DNA of 64,000 bases from Octopus sinensis (taxonomy: Eukaryota), in the NCBI RefSeq assembly GCF_006345805.1, contig NC_043002.1, forward strand, positions 42,904,001 through 42,968,000, in the 5' to 3' direction. A program made the translations under genes and the position numbers. This document shows positions 10,826 to 24,358 of the stretch, piece by piece (positions within the stretch are counted from its first letter, which is position 1; every line of letters begins with the position of its first letter). The notes under the pieces are model-generated. The model was not told the DNA's origin. It ran no database searches and was given only the letters and a program-made list of their open reading frames with translations.

Positions 10826-13800
10826 ATAAACCACATTCTATAACTATTATTATTGTTGTCATCCAGTAAGAATGTTACACATTATTCATGTGCATGCATG
10901 AAATAGTATGTACGTGGGAGTTTTGTGGTTTCATTTTAAAAGTTAGCATTGATGTGAAAACCTAAGTTGCCAATTATTCAACAGCACCATTTTTTAGACA
11001 GAACTACTGCACTACAGCCACAAAGCATGGTTAGCAAATAAATTGTGGGCTTGATGATATTTCCATTGCTATGACCTAATTGATATAACCTTTTGGAGAA
11101 ATAAAAAGGTTTTTAAACTATTTGTCTCATCATCAACTTTTTATTTCTTTTTTTTTTTTTTGTAATATAGATGCTAACATGGCTGTGTGGTTAAGAAGTT
11201 CACTTCCCAACCATAAGCTTTCAGGTTCTATACCACTGCATGACAACATAACTAAGTATCTTCAATTACAATCTTGTGAGTGAAATTTTCTGGATGAAAA
11301 TAGCATGGAAGAGTGTATATGCATACATATATAATATTATTTTGTTTAGGAATAGCAATACTAATAACCAATTGTTAGAACTCAACATACATACACTTCA
11401 GATTTTATATATATTGATTGTTTATTTTTAAAATGACATTGTAGGGTAGGCATGAGAGAGCAGGTCTGGCCAGTCTGCATACAAAACTGGTGGAATATTT
11501 TGATCAGTTATGGCCAGTCTAAATGCTAAACAGCTAAGCCACCATTTCAACATTTTATGTATTATACCCGGCCCAACATTATTATTTAGTTAACTTTTAA
11601 ACCATGAATATCTTGTACATGTTGCACAAATTGTGATGGTGGCAGGGTAATTAAGGTTTCAAACATGTGATTCTAATGCTCATGAGAACGAGGTAAGGGA
11701 AACTTGAGTTGCATTATTTACCAGCCAAATGACATAAATAGAGGTTTCCTCACTGGATTGGTACAAATTATTTTAATAATTATGGTGTGAATAACTTTAC
11801 ATGGGTATTGTATACACTTACCAGATAGAATCATTATTATAATAGCAAAGAGAGAAAAAGAAAAGAGAAAACATTTATTATGGTACAAATATAATAAAAA
11901 TATTTCTCCCTAACATTTTATCTTGCTATACACAATGTATACAGAATTGAACTTATTTCTTTTCAATCACTATACTTCAAGCATTCTCTATCTTTGTCAT
12001 CATCATCATTTAATGTCCAATTTCCATGCTGGCACAGGTTGGATGATTTGACAAGAGCTGGCTAGGCAGAAGACTGCATCAGGCTTCAATATACGTTTTG
12101 GCATGGGTTTTTATGGCTGGATTCCCTTCCTAATACCAACCACCCAATGTAAAAAAAAAAAAATAGAAAAGGAAATATTAGTTTCTTGTGCTGATTGATG
12201 CAAATATCATTCAGTATGATAATGTTAATATTCCTGAAGCACCAGATAGACAGGAGAGGATAGGTTTTGAAACCTTGTTTGTATATTAAAATTTGGTTCA
12301 CGCATCTAGAATGGTGGTATTGATTGTACAACCACATTTGTATGCTGATGCTCATTTACAACCATCATACACTGTCTAGCACAAGGGTACACACAGACAA
12401 GCATGAGATGTGTGTGTGTGCGTGTGTGTGTGTGTGTGTGTGTATACACACACACACACACTCATACACATGAAGCGTTTTCTTCAGTTTCTATCTACCA
12501 AATCCACTCACAAGGTTTTGGTCAGCCCAGTGGGAGCTACAGCAGCACAGTGGGACTGAACTCAAAGCCACATAGTTGGAGAGGAAGCTTCCTAACCACA
12601 CACCGGTGGCTATAAATGTTTACAGGTCACAATCAAATCATCCTTCCACAAATCCAAAATAATAATACATGACAACCAAATGAGTCAATATCATGAGCTG
12701 TATTGTGAAGCAATTATTGGATTCAATTATATTGAATTTTTAAATAAATATTATATATATATATATTCTTTGGCTGCAGAAGGATGAAAGGTGAAGTCCA
12801 TTGCAGCAAGATGTGAACTCAGAATATCAAGATATAATATACAACTCAATATCAGAAGGAATTTTGCCTGCCATCTCAGTGATTCTACAAATCCATCGAT
12901 TCCATTAATGTCAAATTAAATAATTAATAAATCATTAACATATCCATCTCAGCCATATTATTAAATATTCAAGCTTCTATATATCATTTCAAGCTAACTA
13001 GAAACATAATACAGATGTTTACAAAACAGTTAGTTAATTAAACTGAAGAGAACTGGAAATGAAATTCTAGATTATGAAAATGTGGGTGTGTATGAGTATA
13101 TGGTACCAGAACATGAGCCTACAATGTACACCAGGTATGTGGAATGACATTCTTTTCAAAACGGATACACCTGATGATGTCATAAGGAAGATCTACAAAA
13201 CAACCACTTGCATACTAATCTAAGTAAAATGCCTAAAGATATAACAACACTATTTCTAGATATAAGCATTCAGATAAAAAGTAACAAATACATCACATTC
13301 ATCTCCACCAAAGACATTAATAAACACTCTGTACTTGGATAGAAAAATAAAATAGTCTAAATATTCTACTTTTAGGTTCTAACAACTAGATCTAGCCTCT
13401 CACAACTCACCTACAATGTCATTCTAAAAATAAGAAGCATGTCAATGAAATCCCAAATAATGAGATAATGCATGATGAATTTAAAACAATGTGAATAAAT
13501 AAGTATTACATTTGACAAAGTTATCAGAATGCTAAAGGGTTAATATTTTGTAAAAGTGAGTCTCTAAGGCTATACTTCTTGTTAAAGACCAGAGAATATT
13601 TAATTAACTCTAAACAAGGCACAAGTGTTGTTGTTTAGCCCACTTCAGGTCAGTTTTGACTGAGCAGACCCTTCCATTGTTTTTAAAAGCGTAAAGATAT
13701 GACAACACTAAAAATCATGTCCATTTCAGAAGAAACTGCTATTTCTAGCAAGTCAAGCAACCATGCAGAGATTTTATCTCTTTTAGTGCTAGTAACACTT

Positions 13801-14075
13801 GATGAATTAAGCCAAGAAATTTTTAGTTAGTTAAAATTTTCTTTTGATTAAAGAGTTTTTTTATTAAATTTTCTTCGTTTAATTAGCCCAAATATGCTAG
13901 TCAAGCACTTGTCTTTATAATTAAAGTTTTCCTCCAGTAGGCATCCTTCCATATTTTTCCCTAGTCATGTAACTATTTTTATGGTTGGTTGCAACTCACC
14001 TGTCACAGCTAATCATTTGACCATGAAGTAGCGTTACCTTTTATATTTTACTTGTTTAAGTCACCAAACTGCAGA

Positions 14076-14192
14076 CAAGCATCATCATAATCATACAAAC
14101 ATCACCATCATACAAGCATCATCATAATCATACAAACATCACCATCATACAAGCATCATCATAATCATACAAACATCACCATCATACAAGCA
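14076..14192. repeat. Perfect 37-bp tandem repeat, 3 copies
   Basis: CAAGCATCATCATAATCATACAAACATCACCATCATA starts at 14076, 14113 and 14150, with a partial copy at 14187. Confidence 0.9.
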
Positions 14193-15468
14193 AGGTTCTT
14201 CATTTCCAGTCTTCTGTAAAAAACATGTCTAGCCATGGGGAAATATTACCTTGCTTAAAAACAGGTGGGGGTCAGTGATAGGAAACATCTGTTTCTAAAT
14301 AAGGTAATGTTTTCCCCATGACTTTTCAAATTCTACCACAAGGGCAATAATTTGGGAGGAGGGTATGAGTCGATTACATCAACCCTAATGTTCAACTGGG
14401 ACTTATTCTATCGACCCCAAAAGGATGAAAGGCAAGGTCAACTTTGGCAGAATTTGAACTCAGAATGTAGTGACAGGAGAAATACCACTAAGCATTTTGA
14501 CTAGCATGCTAACGATTCTGCCAGCTTGTTCCCTCTCCTAAGTAATAATAATAATCCTTTCTACTATAGGTACAAGGCCTGAAATTAGAGGGGTGGGACT
14601 AGTCAATTACATCGACCCCCAGTGTTTAACATACTTATTTTATCAACCCCAAAAGGATGGAAGGCAAAGTTAATCTCAATGGAATTTGCACTCAGAATGT
14701 AACGATAGATGAAATGCCGCTAAGCATTTTGCCCAGCTTGCTAATCATTCAGCCAGCCTGCCACCTTAATAACAATATGAAGAAGAAATAAAAATTAAGA
14801 AGCAAAAAAATAAAGCAAGGATAAATTTTTTTTTTTAAATTCAGTATTTCTGACAAGCTTTGTGTGAAGGGAAAAACAGAAAAAAAAATCTTTTAATTGG
14901 GATCTTGTCAGAAGCAGTGCAGGTAGCTACAAGAATTGTTTAGCTGTGAGGACTTTGATGTTGACAAGACTGTTAACCAAGTGTCTCTCTCTCTGAAATT
15001 GCCATTTCCCACCAAATATTGGGACAATATTTAAAATGAGTTCCTAGCCACCACTATTTCACTACACTACCACCACCACTACACACACCACTGAAGAATA
15101 AAGCAATCTTAGTTGGAAAAGAAAGGAACAGTAAAATAAATTAGATAAGTTTTGGCACAAGGTCAGCAATTTCAGGGGAGAGGGTAAGACAAGTACATCA
15201 ACTCCAGTGTGTAACTGGGGTTGATGTACTTATTTCATCAGTCCCGATGAATATATTCATTTATTGTTTTACTTGTTTCAGTCATTTAACTGTAGCCATG
15301 CTGGAGCACCACCTTAAGGAGTTGTAGTCAAACAAATCGACCTCAAGGTTTACTGTTCGTAAGACTAGTACATATCCTATCAGTCTCTTTTGCCAAACCG
15401 CTAAGTTGCAGGGACATAAACACACCAACATTGGTTGTCATGCAATGGTGATGGAAACAAACACACAA

Positions 15469-15503
<35 letters not shown>

Positions 15504-15513
15504 ATACACACAC

Positions 15514-15544
<31 letters not shown>

Positions 15545-16276
15545 GAGAGGCTTCTTTCAGTTTCTATCTACTAAATCCACTCATAAGGCCGTAGTTGGCC
15601 TGAGGTTATAGGAGAAGACACTTGCCCAAGGTGCCATGCAGTGGGACTGAACACAGCGCTATGTGGTTCGGATGTAATCTTATCACACAGCCACACCTTT
15701 GCCTATGAGTATGGAAGTTTATATAAGCTATTCTATCTAGCCTGTTGCAACAGAAGATGTCAGTACACAGTGAGATATTTAAACAAGCTGATTCTGAAGA
15801 GGGATATTTTCCTTGTTGTGATTAAATGCGAGCAAATAAACCCTGAAGCTATTACTACTGTCTGTGCTGTAGTTAACATTATCTATCACCAAGGAAACAG
15901 AAACACTTTAATGGATTAAGAGGATAAGACGAAAGGTGACAGGAGAGAGGGGAACAAAGTCACACACGCACATAAAGAAAACTAACAAGAAACATATAAA
16001 ACATTGCATGGTAAATTTGTTCATTTGTAATAGGACCACAACACATTTTGGTCATTTGAAGTAGAACGAAAATTCTATTAGAATTAACTTAAAATAGGTG
16101 CAGGCATGGCTATGCGGTTAAGAGGTTTGTTTCCCAGTCATGTGGGTTTCAGGTTCAGTCCCACTGTGTAGCACTTTGAGCAAATGTCTCCTAATTTGGC
16201 CCTAACCAGTGCCTTGCAAGTGAATTTGGAAAGTGGAAACAGGGTGGATGCCTATCATACGTGTATGCATGTGTTT

Positions 16277-16316
<40 letters not shown>

Positions 16317-16834
16317 ACGCACTCAACCACTTGACAATCAATGTTGGTTTGTTTATGTCTCCATGACTTAGTGGTTCATTAAAAAAGACCAATAGAATAA
16401 GTATGAGACTTGAAAAATAAGTATTGAGTGGCTCTCAACCAACTTTTTGCCCATGGACCCCCTTTTACTATTTTACTCCATAGCAATATAAATAAAATAG
16501 CAATTCAATATAAATAAAATAAATCCTGCTGTATTTTTATAATTAAATATTATTAGGAATTGAATAAAAAAACAGTTAAAATATTTTGTGTAGTGTAGAA
16601 CTATAACCAAATTATTGCACATAAAGTTAACAAAATCTAATATGGACCCCAGATGAAAACCCTTCAGAGAGATCTCCCAGCAAGGCCACAGTCCTATAAC
16701 TGAAAGGACTAAAAGATCAAAGATACTACTTTGAATTTCCTTTATGCATATGAGCTAATGAGGGAGCCTCAACAGTCACTTGACCAGCTAGAAATAGAAG
16801 CTACATATTCGACTCACACTCTGCATAAGGACAT

Positions 16835-17576
16835 GAGATAGACAGAAAGAGAGAGAGAGAGACGGACAGAAAGAGAGAGAGAGAGACGGACAGAAAGAGA
16901 GAGAGAGACGGACAGAAAGAGAGAGAGAGACGGACAGAAAGAGAGAGAGAGAGAGAGACGACAGAAAGAGAGAGAGAGAGGACAGAAAGAGAGAGAGAGA
17001 GAGAGAGGAGAGAGAGACGGACAGAAAGAGTGAGAGAGAGACGGACAGAAAGAGAGAGAGAGAGAGACGGACAGAAAGAGAGAGAGAGAGAGACGGACAG
17101 AAAGAGAGAGAGAGAGAGACGGACAGAAAGAGAGAGAGAGAGAGACGGACAGAAAGAGAGAGAGACGGGCGGAAAGAGAGAGAGACGGACGGAAACAGAG
17201 AGAGACGGACGGAAAGAGAGACGGACGGAAACAGAGAGAGACGGACGGAAAGAGAGACGGACGGAAACAGAGAGAGACGGACGGAAAGAGAGACGGACGG
17301 AAAGAGAGAGAGACGGAAAGAGAGAGAGACGGACGGAAAGAGAGAGAGACGGACGGAAAGAGAGAGAGACGGACGGAAAGAGAGAGAGCGACAGAAAGAG
17401 AGAGAGAGCGACAGAAAGAGAGAGAGACCGACAGAAAGAGAGAGAGACCGACAGAAAGAGAGAGAGACCGACAGAAAGAGAGAGAGAGACCGACAGAAAG
17501 AGAGAGAGAGAACCGACAGAAAGAGAGAGAAACCGACAGAAAGAGAGAAATAAACAGAAAGAGAGAGAGAGAGATG

Positions 17577-17620
<44 letters not shown>

Positions 17621-18765
17621 GACAGAAAGAGAGAGAGAGAGAGAGGCGGACAGAAAGAGAGAGAGAGAGAGAGGCGGACAGAAAGAGAGAGAGAGAGAGT
17701 GGCGGAAAGAAAGAGAGAGAGAGGCGGACAGAAAGAGAGAGAGAGGCGGACAGAAAGAGAGAGAGAGATGGACAGAAAGAGAGAGAGAGATGGACAGAAA
17801 GAGAGAGAGAGATGGACGGAAAGAGAGAAAGAGAGAGAGAGATGGACAGAAAGAGAGAGATGGACAGAAAGAGAGAGCGAGGCAGACAGAAAGAGAGAGA
17901 TGGACAGAAAGAGAGAGAGAGGCAGACAGACAGAGAGAGAGAGAGAAGACGGACAGAAAGAGAGAGAGAGACGGACAGAAAGAGAGAGAGAGACGGACAG
18001 ACAGAGAGAGAGAGACGGAGAGAGAGAGAGAGAGAGACGGACAGAAAGAGAGAGAGAGACGGACAGAAAGAGAGAGAGAGAGACGGACAGAAAGAGAGAG
18101 AGAAAGGCGAACAAAAAGAGAGAGAGACAGACGGAAAGAGAGAGAGACCGACAGAAAGAGAGAGAAACCAACAGAAAGAGAGAAACCGACAGAAAGAGAG
18201 AAACCGACAGAAAGAGAGAAACCGACAGAAAGAGAGAAACCGACAGAAAGAGAGAAACCGACAGAAAGAGAGAAACCGACAGAAAGAGAGAAACCGACAG
18301 AAAGAGAGAAACCGACAGAAAGAGAGAAACCGACAGAAAGAGAGAGAGAGAGATGGACAGAAAGAGAGAGGGAGATGGACAGAAAGAGAGAGGGAGATGG
18401 ACAGAAAGAGAGAGGGAGATGAACAGAAAGAGAGAAAGAGAGGCAGACAGAAAGAGAGAGAGAGAGGCGGACAGAAAAGGAGAGAGAGGCGGACAGGAGA
18501 GAGAGGCGGACAGAAAAGGTGAGAGAGGCGGACAGAAAAGGAGAGAGAGGCGGACAGAAAAGGAGAGAGAGATGGACAGAAAAGAGAGAGAGAGATGGAC
18601 AGAAAGAGAGAGAGAGATGGACAGAAAGAGAGAGAGAGATGGACAGAAAGGGAGAGAGAGATGGACAGAAAGAGAGAGACGGACGGAAAGAGAGAGACGG
18701 ACGGAAAGAGAGAGAGATGGACGGAAAGAGAGAGAGACCGACAGAAAGAGAGAGAGACCGACAGA

Positions 18766-18800
<35 letters not shown>

Positions 18801-18980
18801 TGGACAGAAAGAGAGAGAGAGACGGGCAGAAAGAGAGAGACGGACGGAAAGAGAGAGAGATGGACAGAAAGAGAGAGAGAGACGGGCAGAAAGAGAGAGA
18901 CGGACGGAAAGAGAGAGACGGACGGAAAGAGAGAGAGATGGACGGAAAGAGAGAGAGACCGACAGAAAGAGAGAGAGACC

Positions 18981-19014
<34 letters not shown>

Positions 19015-19437
19015 CGGACAGAAAGAGAGAAAGACAGACAGAAAGAAAGAGAGAGAGAGAGACGGACAGAAAGAGAGAGAGAGAGACGGACAGAAAGAGA
19101 GAGAGAGAGACGGACAGAAAGAGAGAGAGAGAGACGGACAGAAAGAGAGAGAGAGACGGACAGAAAGAAAGAGAGAGAGACGGAAAGAAAGAAAGAGAGA
19201 GAGACGGAAAGAAAGAAAGAGAGAGAGACGGAAAGAAAGAAAGAGAGAGAGAGACGGAAAGAAAGAGAGAGAGAGAGACGGAAAGAAAGAGAGAGAGAGA
19301 GACGGACAGAAAGAGAGAGACAGACAGACAGAAAGAGACAGACAGAAAGAGAGAGACAGACAGAAAGAGAGAGACAGAAAGAGAGAGACAGACAGAAAGA
19401 GAGAGAAACGGACCAAAAGAGACAGAGAGACAGACAT
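16835..19437. repeat. About 2.6-kb GA-rich compound satellite (units such as GACGGACAGAAAGAGAGAGA)
   Basis: The plus strand is almost entirely purines with very few T. Sub-blocks carry variant cores (CGGACA, CCGACA, TGGACA, GGCGGACA, CGGACGGA). Confidence 0.95.
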
Positions 19438-20029
19438 AGCTCACTAACAGATATATAGATAGATAGCTCATATATAAGCACAGATCATACAGACAGAAAG
19501 CCTGAAGGCAAACAGATGTAGACCATCATTTCTGAAGCATTTTTTGGACTATGGACCCCTCTGATTCCTGTTTTACTTTGATGGACCCTCATAATCATTG
19601 AATGTTTTTAAAAAAATTCTATTGTAGTCTATAATTGACTTTTTATTAGGAAGTGTATAGAAAAATTGTTAATATATTTTGTATATTGTAGAAATACAAC
19701 TGATTTATTGCACACATTTTAACAATAAAATCTAATATGATGCCACAAAGAGTCATATGGACTTTAGTTGAGAGCCATTGATGTAGATAGACAGATCATG
19801 TAGACAGATATAACATAGATAAACAATACAGAAAGAATGAATGAATGAATAGATGGATAGATAGATAGATTGCTAGCCACTAAACCTTTTTTATTTTCTC
19901 TCTCAGTTTATTTCTGTGTTCCTTTCTGTCGAAGAGCGTAGGCTCGAAACGTAAAAGACTTTCTTACTTCCCGAGTGTTAAACTAATACATCTATTTGTT
20001 GTTTACACACCCGTCTTTGTCTTGTTTTG

Positions 20030-20063
<34 letters not shown>

Positions 20064-20076
20064 GATAGATAGAGAT

Positions 20077-20109
<33 letters not shown>

Positions 20110-20112
20110 GAT

Positions 20113-20157
<45 letters not shown>

Positions 20158-20162
20158 TAGAT
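20030..20162. repeat. Compound (TATC)n/(GATA)n/(GACA)n microsatellite
   Basis: Read directly. The (TATC)n arm and the following (GATA)n arm are mutually complementary. Confidence 0.9.
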
Positions 20163-20997
20163 AATATAAGCAGATAATATAATTAGATAGATAATATATA
20201 TATAACAGTATACTAAGTTAGTCATTTGTAAAGATATAGATTATACAGAGTGATACAATATATAGAAAGATTATAAAGGTAGGTAACATCAATGCATAGG
20301 TAATATGAATTAAATAGATAGACAAGTAACTAAACCTCATAGCAAGTAGTAGAAATTTTGTAATCATTTAAAATTTGAAAAGTTTCTTTTACATACCAAA
20401 ATCAATGATAAAAGAAATAACTTGCTCTGAGGGGTAAATAGTTTGACAACAATATTCAAATGGGATCATATTAAAAATTGGAAAATAAGGTCAGTATAAC
20501 AAATAGATTTCTATCATGTACACAAACAATTTATTTGAATAGTCAGGTAAATAACTGTGACCTATATAAGCTTCCATATTACCATTTTACACATGGATGC
20601 TCTTCATAATGACATTACATTAAGTCATTCTGTCATAAAGAAAAATCATTACATTTTTTATATAGGAATTTCATGCTTTTAATGACATTCAAGTTTCCTA
20701 ACCACCTTTCGCTCTCAAATGCTCCACCACCACTTTGTTAAGTGGCGGGCTTCTTTCATGTTCTTTTCTTGTTTTGCGAGTTACAGGGCATGACAAAAAG
20801 TACTCAGTACACACTGTAAAGTAGCTGACACTAGGAAGGGCATCCAGCTGTAGAAACTGTACCAAAACTGACACTTAAACTCAATGCAGCCCTGTGGCTT
20901 ACCAGATCCTGTTAAACTGTCCAACCTATACCAGCATGGAAAAATGATTTAGATGATGATGATCCAGAATTTTTGCTCTCTTTACAAATAATACAAA

Positions 20998-21365
20998 CTA
21001 GCACTATGACCTGGCAACACCAGGTCATAGTGCTAGTGCATGCATATACAGCTGCATGTGTGCGCACATACATGTGAGTACTGTCCAAATCTCCGACCAA
21101 TCACATACAGCTAGCTGGCACTCAATTGGCGTATCAAGTTTCGGGCATTTTGATTAGGTTTTGGATAGAAAATTCACAAAAAAAAATCACTTCTATTGAT
21201 TTTTTAATGGCTTTGCAGGGTGACAGGGGAAATGTAAAGATGTGCACAACCACCCTTGGACGGTTTTGAATGACCATAGAAAATGCGAGTTCTCTAACTG
21301 AAAAATTGTGGATTTGTATAAAGGACACACACACAGACAGACATTTTGCCGTTTATATATATAGA
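20998..21365 (-). mobile_element. Non-autonomous Helitron-like element
   Basis: The minus strand starts TCTATATATATAAACGGCA and ends with an 18-bp hairpin finishing in CTAG-T. It has the same 5' start as 60673-61059. Confidence 0.7.
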
Positions 21366-22049
21366 AATAATTCTAATGCTAACTTTACTATTACACAGAG
21401 CCCACAACAGAATCTTTATGTGGTCACTCAACCAGCAACAAAAAGTCAAATTAATCTGAAATCACACCCTCCTATCTTAAAATGAAAACACTGGATAATA
21501 TAGACCCATATGTACAAACAAAAACTACCATCCCCACCTGACTGCCCCTCCAAAAAAGAGATGGTCACAGCTGGAATGTTTTTGATCATAGGTTTGTTCA
21601 GTTGATTGTTTAAACCTAGTACTTATTGTAGTGGATTTGAAAACATGAAAGGTAAAGTTGGTCATGGTGGGATTTGAACACAGAAGAAAGAAGAGCCAGA
21701 AAGGAAATTTGTCTGCTTTTAAAAAAATCATTAGTAACAATGAAGGCACACTCACACACACACGTGTATGTATGCATGTTTGTAGTACGTGTCTTCATTG
21801 CTATTAATGATTTCCTAAAAGCAGGCAAATTGCTAACTGACCATGACGTATTCCTCCTACTAGTTGTAGATAGATTATGTGCTTTCAGCCATTTGTATCT
21901 GACGAGTCAACTATACAGCTAAGCGCTTTATAGGTGCGAAACCAATGTTCACTCTCAGACAGGCCATAACAATTAACTTCCAAAAAAATATATTATTGCT
22001 CAAATTTTTAACAGTATGCTTCTTTTTTTGATATATGAACTACTGACAA

Positions 22050-22300
22050 TCATCATCATCATTTAACGTCCGTTTTCCATGCTAGCATGGGTTGGACAGT
22101 TCAACTGGGGTCTGGGAAGCCAGAAGGCTGCGCCAGGCTCAGTCTGATCTGGCAATGTTTCTACGGCTGGATGCCCTTCCTAACGCCAACCACTCCGTGA
22201 GTGTAGTGGGTGCTTTTTACGTGCCACCTGCACAGGTGCCAGACGAGGCTGGCAAACGGCCACGATCGGATGGTGCTTTTTACATGCCACCGGCACAGGG
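22050..22300 (-). mobile_element. Family C retroposon copy with about 1.5 array units
   Basis: Aligns to 3452-3700, including the TGCCAGACGAGGCTGGCA hairpin unit. Tail-only relatives occur at about 1000-1198, 12000-12150, 20790-20963, 24660-24925, 50460-50645, 55415-55545 and 59697-59846. Confidence 0.75.
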
Positions 22301-24014
22301 GCCAACACATACACACACACATGTATTTACATACATGCATGCATATATACACACATCGAGACAAATAACAGCACAAACTAAACTAAATGAATTAAGACAT
22401 CCAATCCAATGTTCTATCTTAGTCATTTCCTAAACTCCTGAAGAAATACATCAACATGGTTTGATTTAGACACACGGCAAGTTTTCTTAATAGAGAAGAC
22501 TAATTGATTAAACCAACTAAAGTATATTAACATTTCATATTAGTTTTATAAACTCCATACAGTAAATAAAATTTTTTATATCTATTTTGATAGTGTTTAA
22601 AATCAGAACATTTAAGTATCACACTAGATACAATAATACCTCTAGTCTAATGTCCTATCTCAGTCATCTCCGCCCATATAAGATAACTTTACAGAAAATA
22701 TTACAAAGTAGCACAATAAAATTTACCTTACTCTTATATATCACTGACTTCGCAGTTTCCATTTAGAGCAGCAGCTCACAACTGGAGTCCAAGCAAACAA
22801 AATAGTAAACTGGGGATTCACAGTAGCATTTTAAATGTCCATGAGGAAACATTTTGCTTTAGATGCATTTAGTGCAAGAAACAACTAGGTTTCTTTCTCA
22901 TATATTCTGCATATTTCAACAGGTTTCCATCCACTGAAACATCTTCTCTCAGAAGTGAATAGGTATAAAACACAACAGGAATTTTGGAAAAAGTAACTAT
23001 AAAACTGGTCTTTAAACATCAAATGGCTATGGGGGTCCATCTGGGTAAAACAGCAACCAAAAGGGTTCATAGGCAAGAATGGTTGAGAATACCTAATCTA
23101 AAGTAATACTGTTCAATGAGTATGTGCATTTAAATTTCCCTGATATTCTAGTTAAGTTGGTAGAAAATGGTGATCTTACCTAGGAAATTGTGCAGTGTTA
23201 GGATACAAACTCAATTTTTCATCCAACAAAACATTACTTTACCTTTATCCACAAGGCCAATGCAAGCTATGGAATCAAGCCAGAATCAAGCTTCTGATGA
23301 TAAACAACTATATTGAATAACTGGAAGTAACTAATTAATATCAGACAGCTAGAATAAGAGAATCAACTTACTATTTTATATGAGACTGCTATAATGGGAG
23401 ATACATAAACCAACATTTGATATAAGATAGTGGAGAAAACAAGATGACCGAAGATATATTAGTCACAAAAATATAAAAAGTACAATAGTGATCAAAATAT
23501 AAAAGGAGCTATTCAGACAGAGAAGAGACTGACACAGATTGAAAAGCAAGATAAGATATCAATAGGGAAGTGCAGAATGACAAGGAAAGATATTATCACC
23601 CTTATAATAATTGTTATTACAAGAACTGACAGAATATACCATAATGTAGGGTAAAAAAAGGTAACATATTCTAGCTAAACAATTGAATATTCAAAGCTAG
23701 TTTTAGTCAGATCATGAAAACCATCATCCCACCCCAACAACAGCCAACAATTCTACCATCATCAATAAGAAATATTAGATTAGATAACAGCTAATATGAG
23801 AGCCTCTTCATAATCACTTAACCTTCTAGAAATAGCATAATAGTATGGAGTACACTATGTCTGAAAGAAAGATGAGATGGTTAGGAGTAGAATGCTTTTG
23901 GACATAGATCAGTCTGCTCAGGGATGACCCAGAATTAGGCAAAAGACAACCATTGTCAATGTATCATATATCTGAAAAAGAAACACACTGTAAACCATAG
24001 AGTAGTAACGTGTT

Positions 24015-24358
24015 TATATGCAGTTAAGTGTATGTCCAGTCATAGAATGACCAATGGTTTGGCATTCATAAGGAGCTTTAGCCCCCATGAACGTCTTGTT
24101 AGACTCTAAAGCCAAAGACATCTAACTATTCACCTCTGAGAGGCAGGAATCCGTTATGGTCATTTGGTCAGTAAGTCACTGTCCAAATGTCTGTAACGGT
24201 GACTTGCTGACCAAATGACTAATGGGTTCCTGCCTCCCAGAGATGAGTTACATTTGTTTTTGGCTTTAGAGTATGACGAGACATCCATGGGGCTAGGCTC
24301 CTTGTGGATGTGAAACCATTGGTCACTCTTTGACCAGACATAGACTTAACAACATATA
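24015..24358. repeat. Long foldback (palindromic MITE-like) element with arms of about 165 bp
   Basis: 24015-24182 aligns to the reverse complement of 24194-24358 along its whole length (e.g. GTCATTTGGTCAGTAAGTCAC / GTGACTTGCTGACCAAATGAC). Flanked by TA. Confidence 0.85.

Noticed and set aside
16788-19481. Very long ORFs (800-900 aa) on both strands
   Set aside because: They are translations of a GA/TC satellite that lacks stop codons in most frames; SL/ER dipeptide products with no domain.
23180-23348. Minus-strand exon candidate with a strong CTAG|GTAAG donor
   Set aside because: No clear open frame; it could be a 5' UTR exon but cannot be supported without transcripts.
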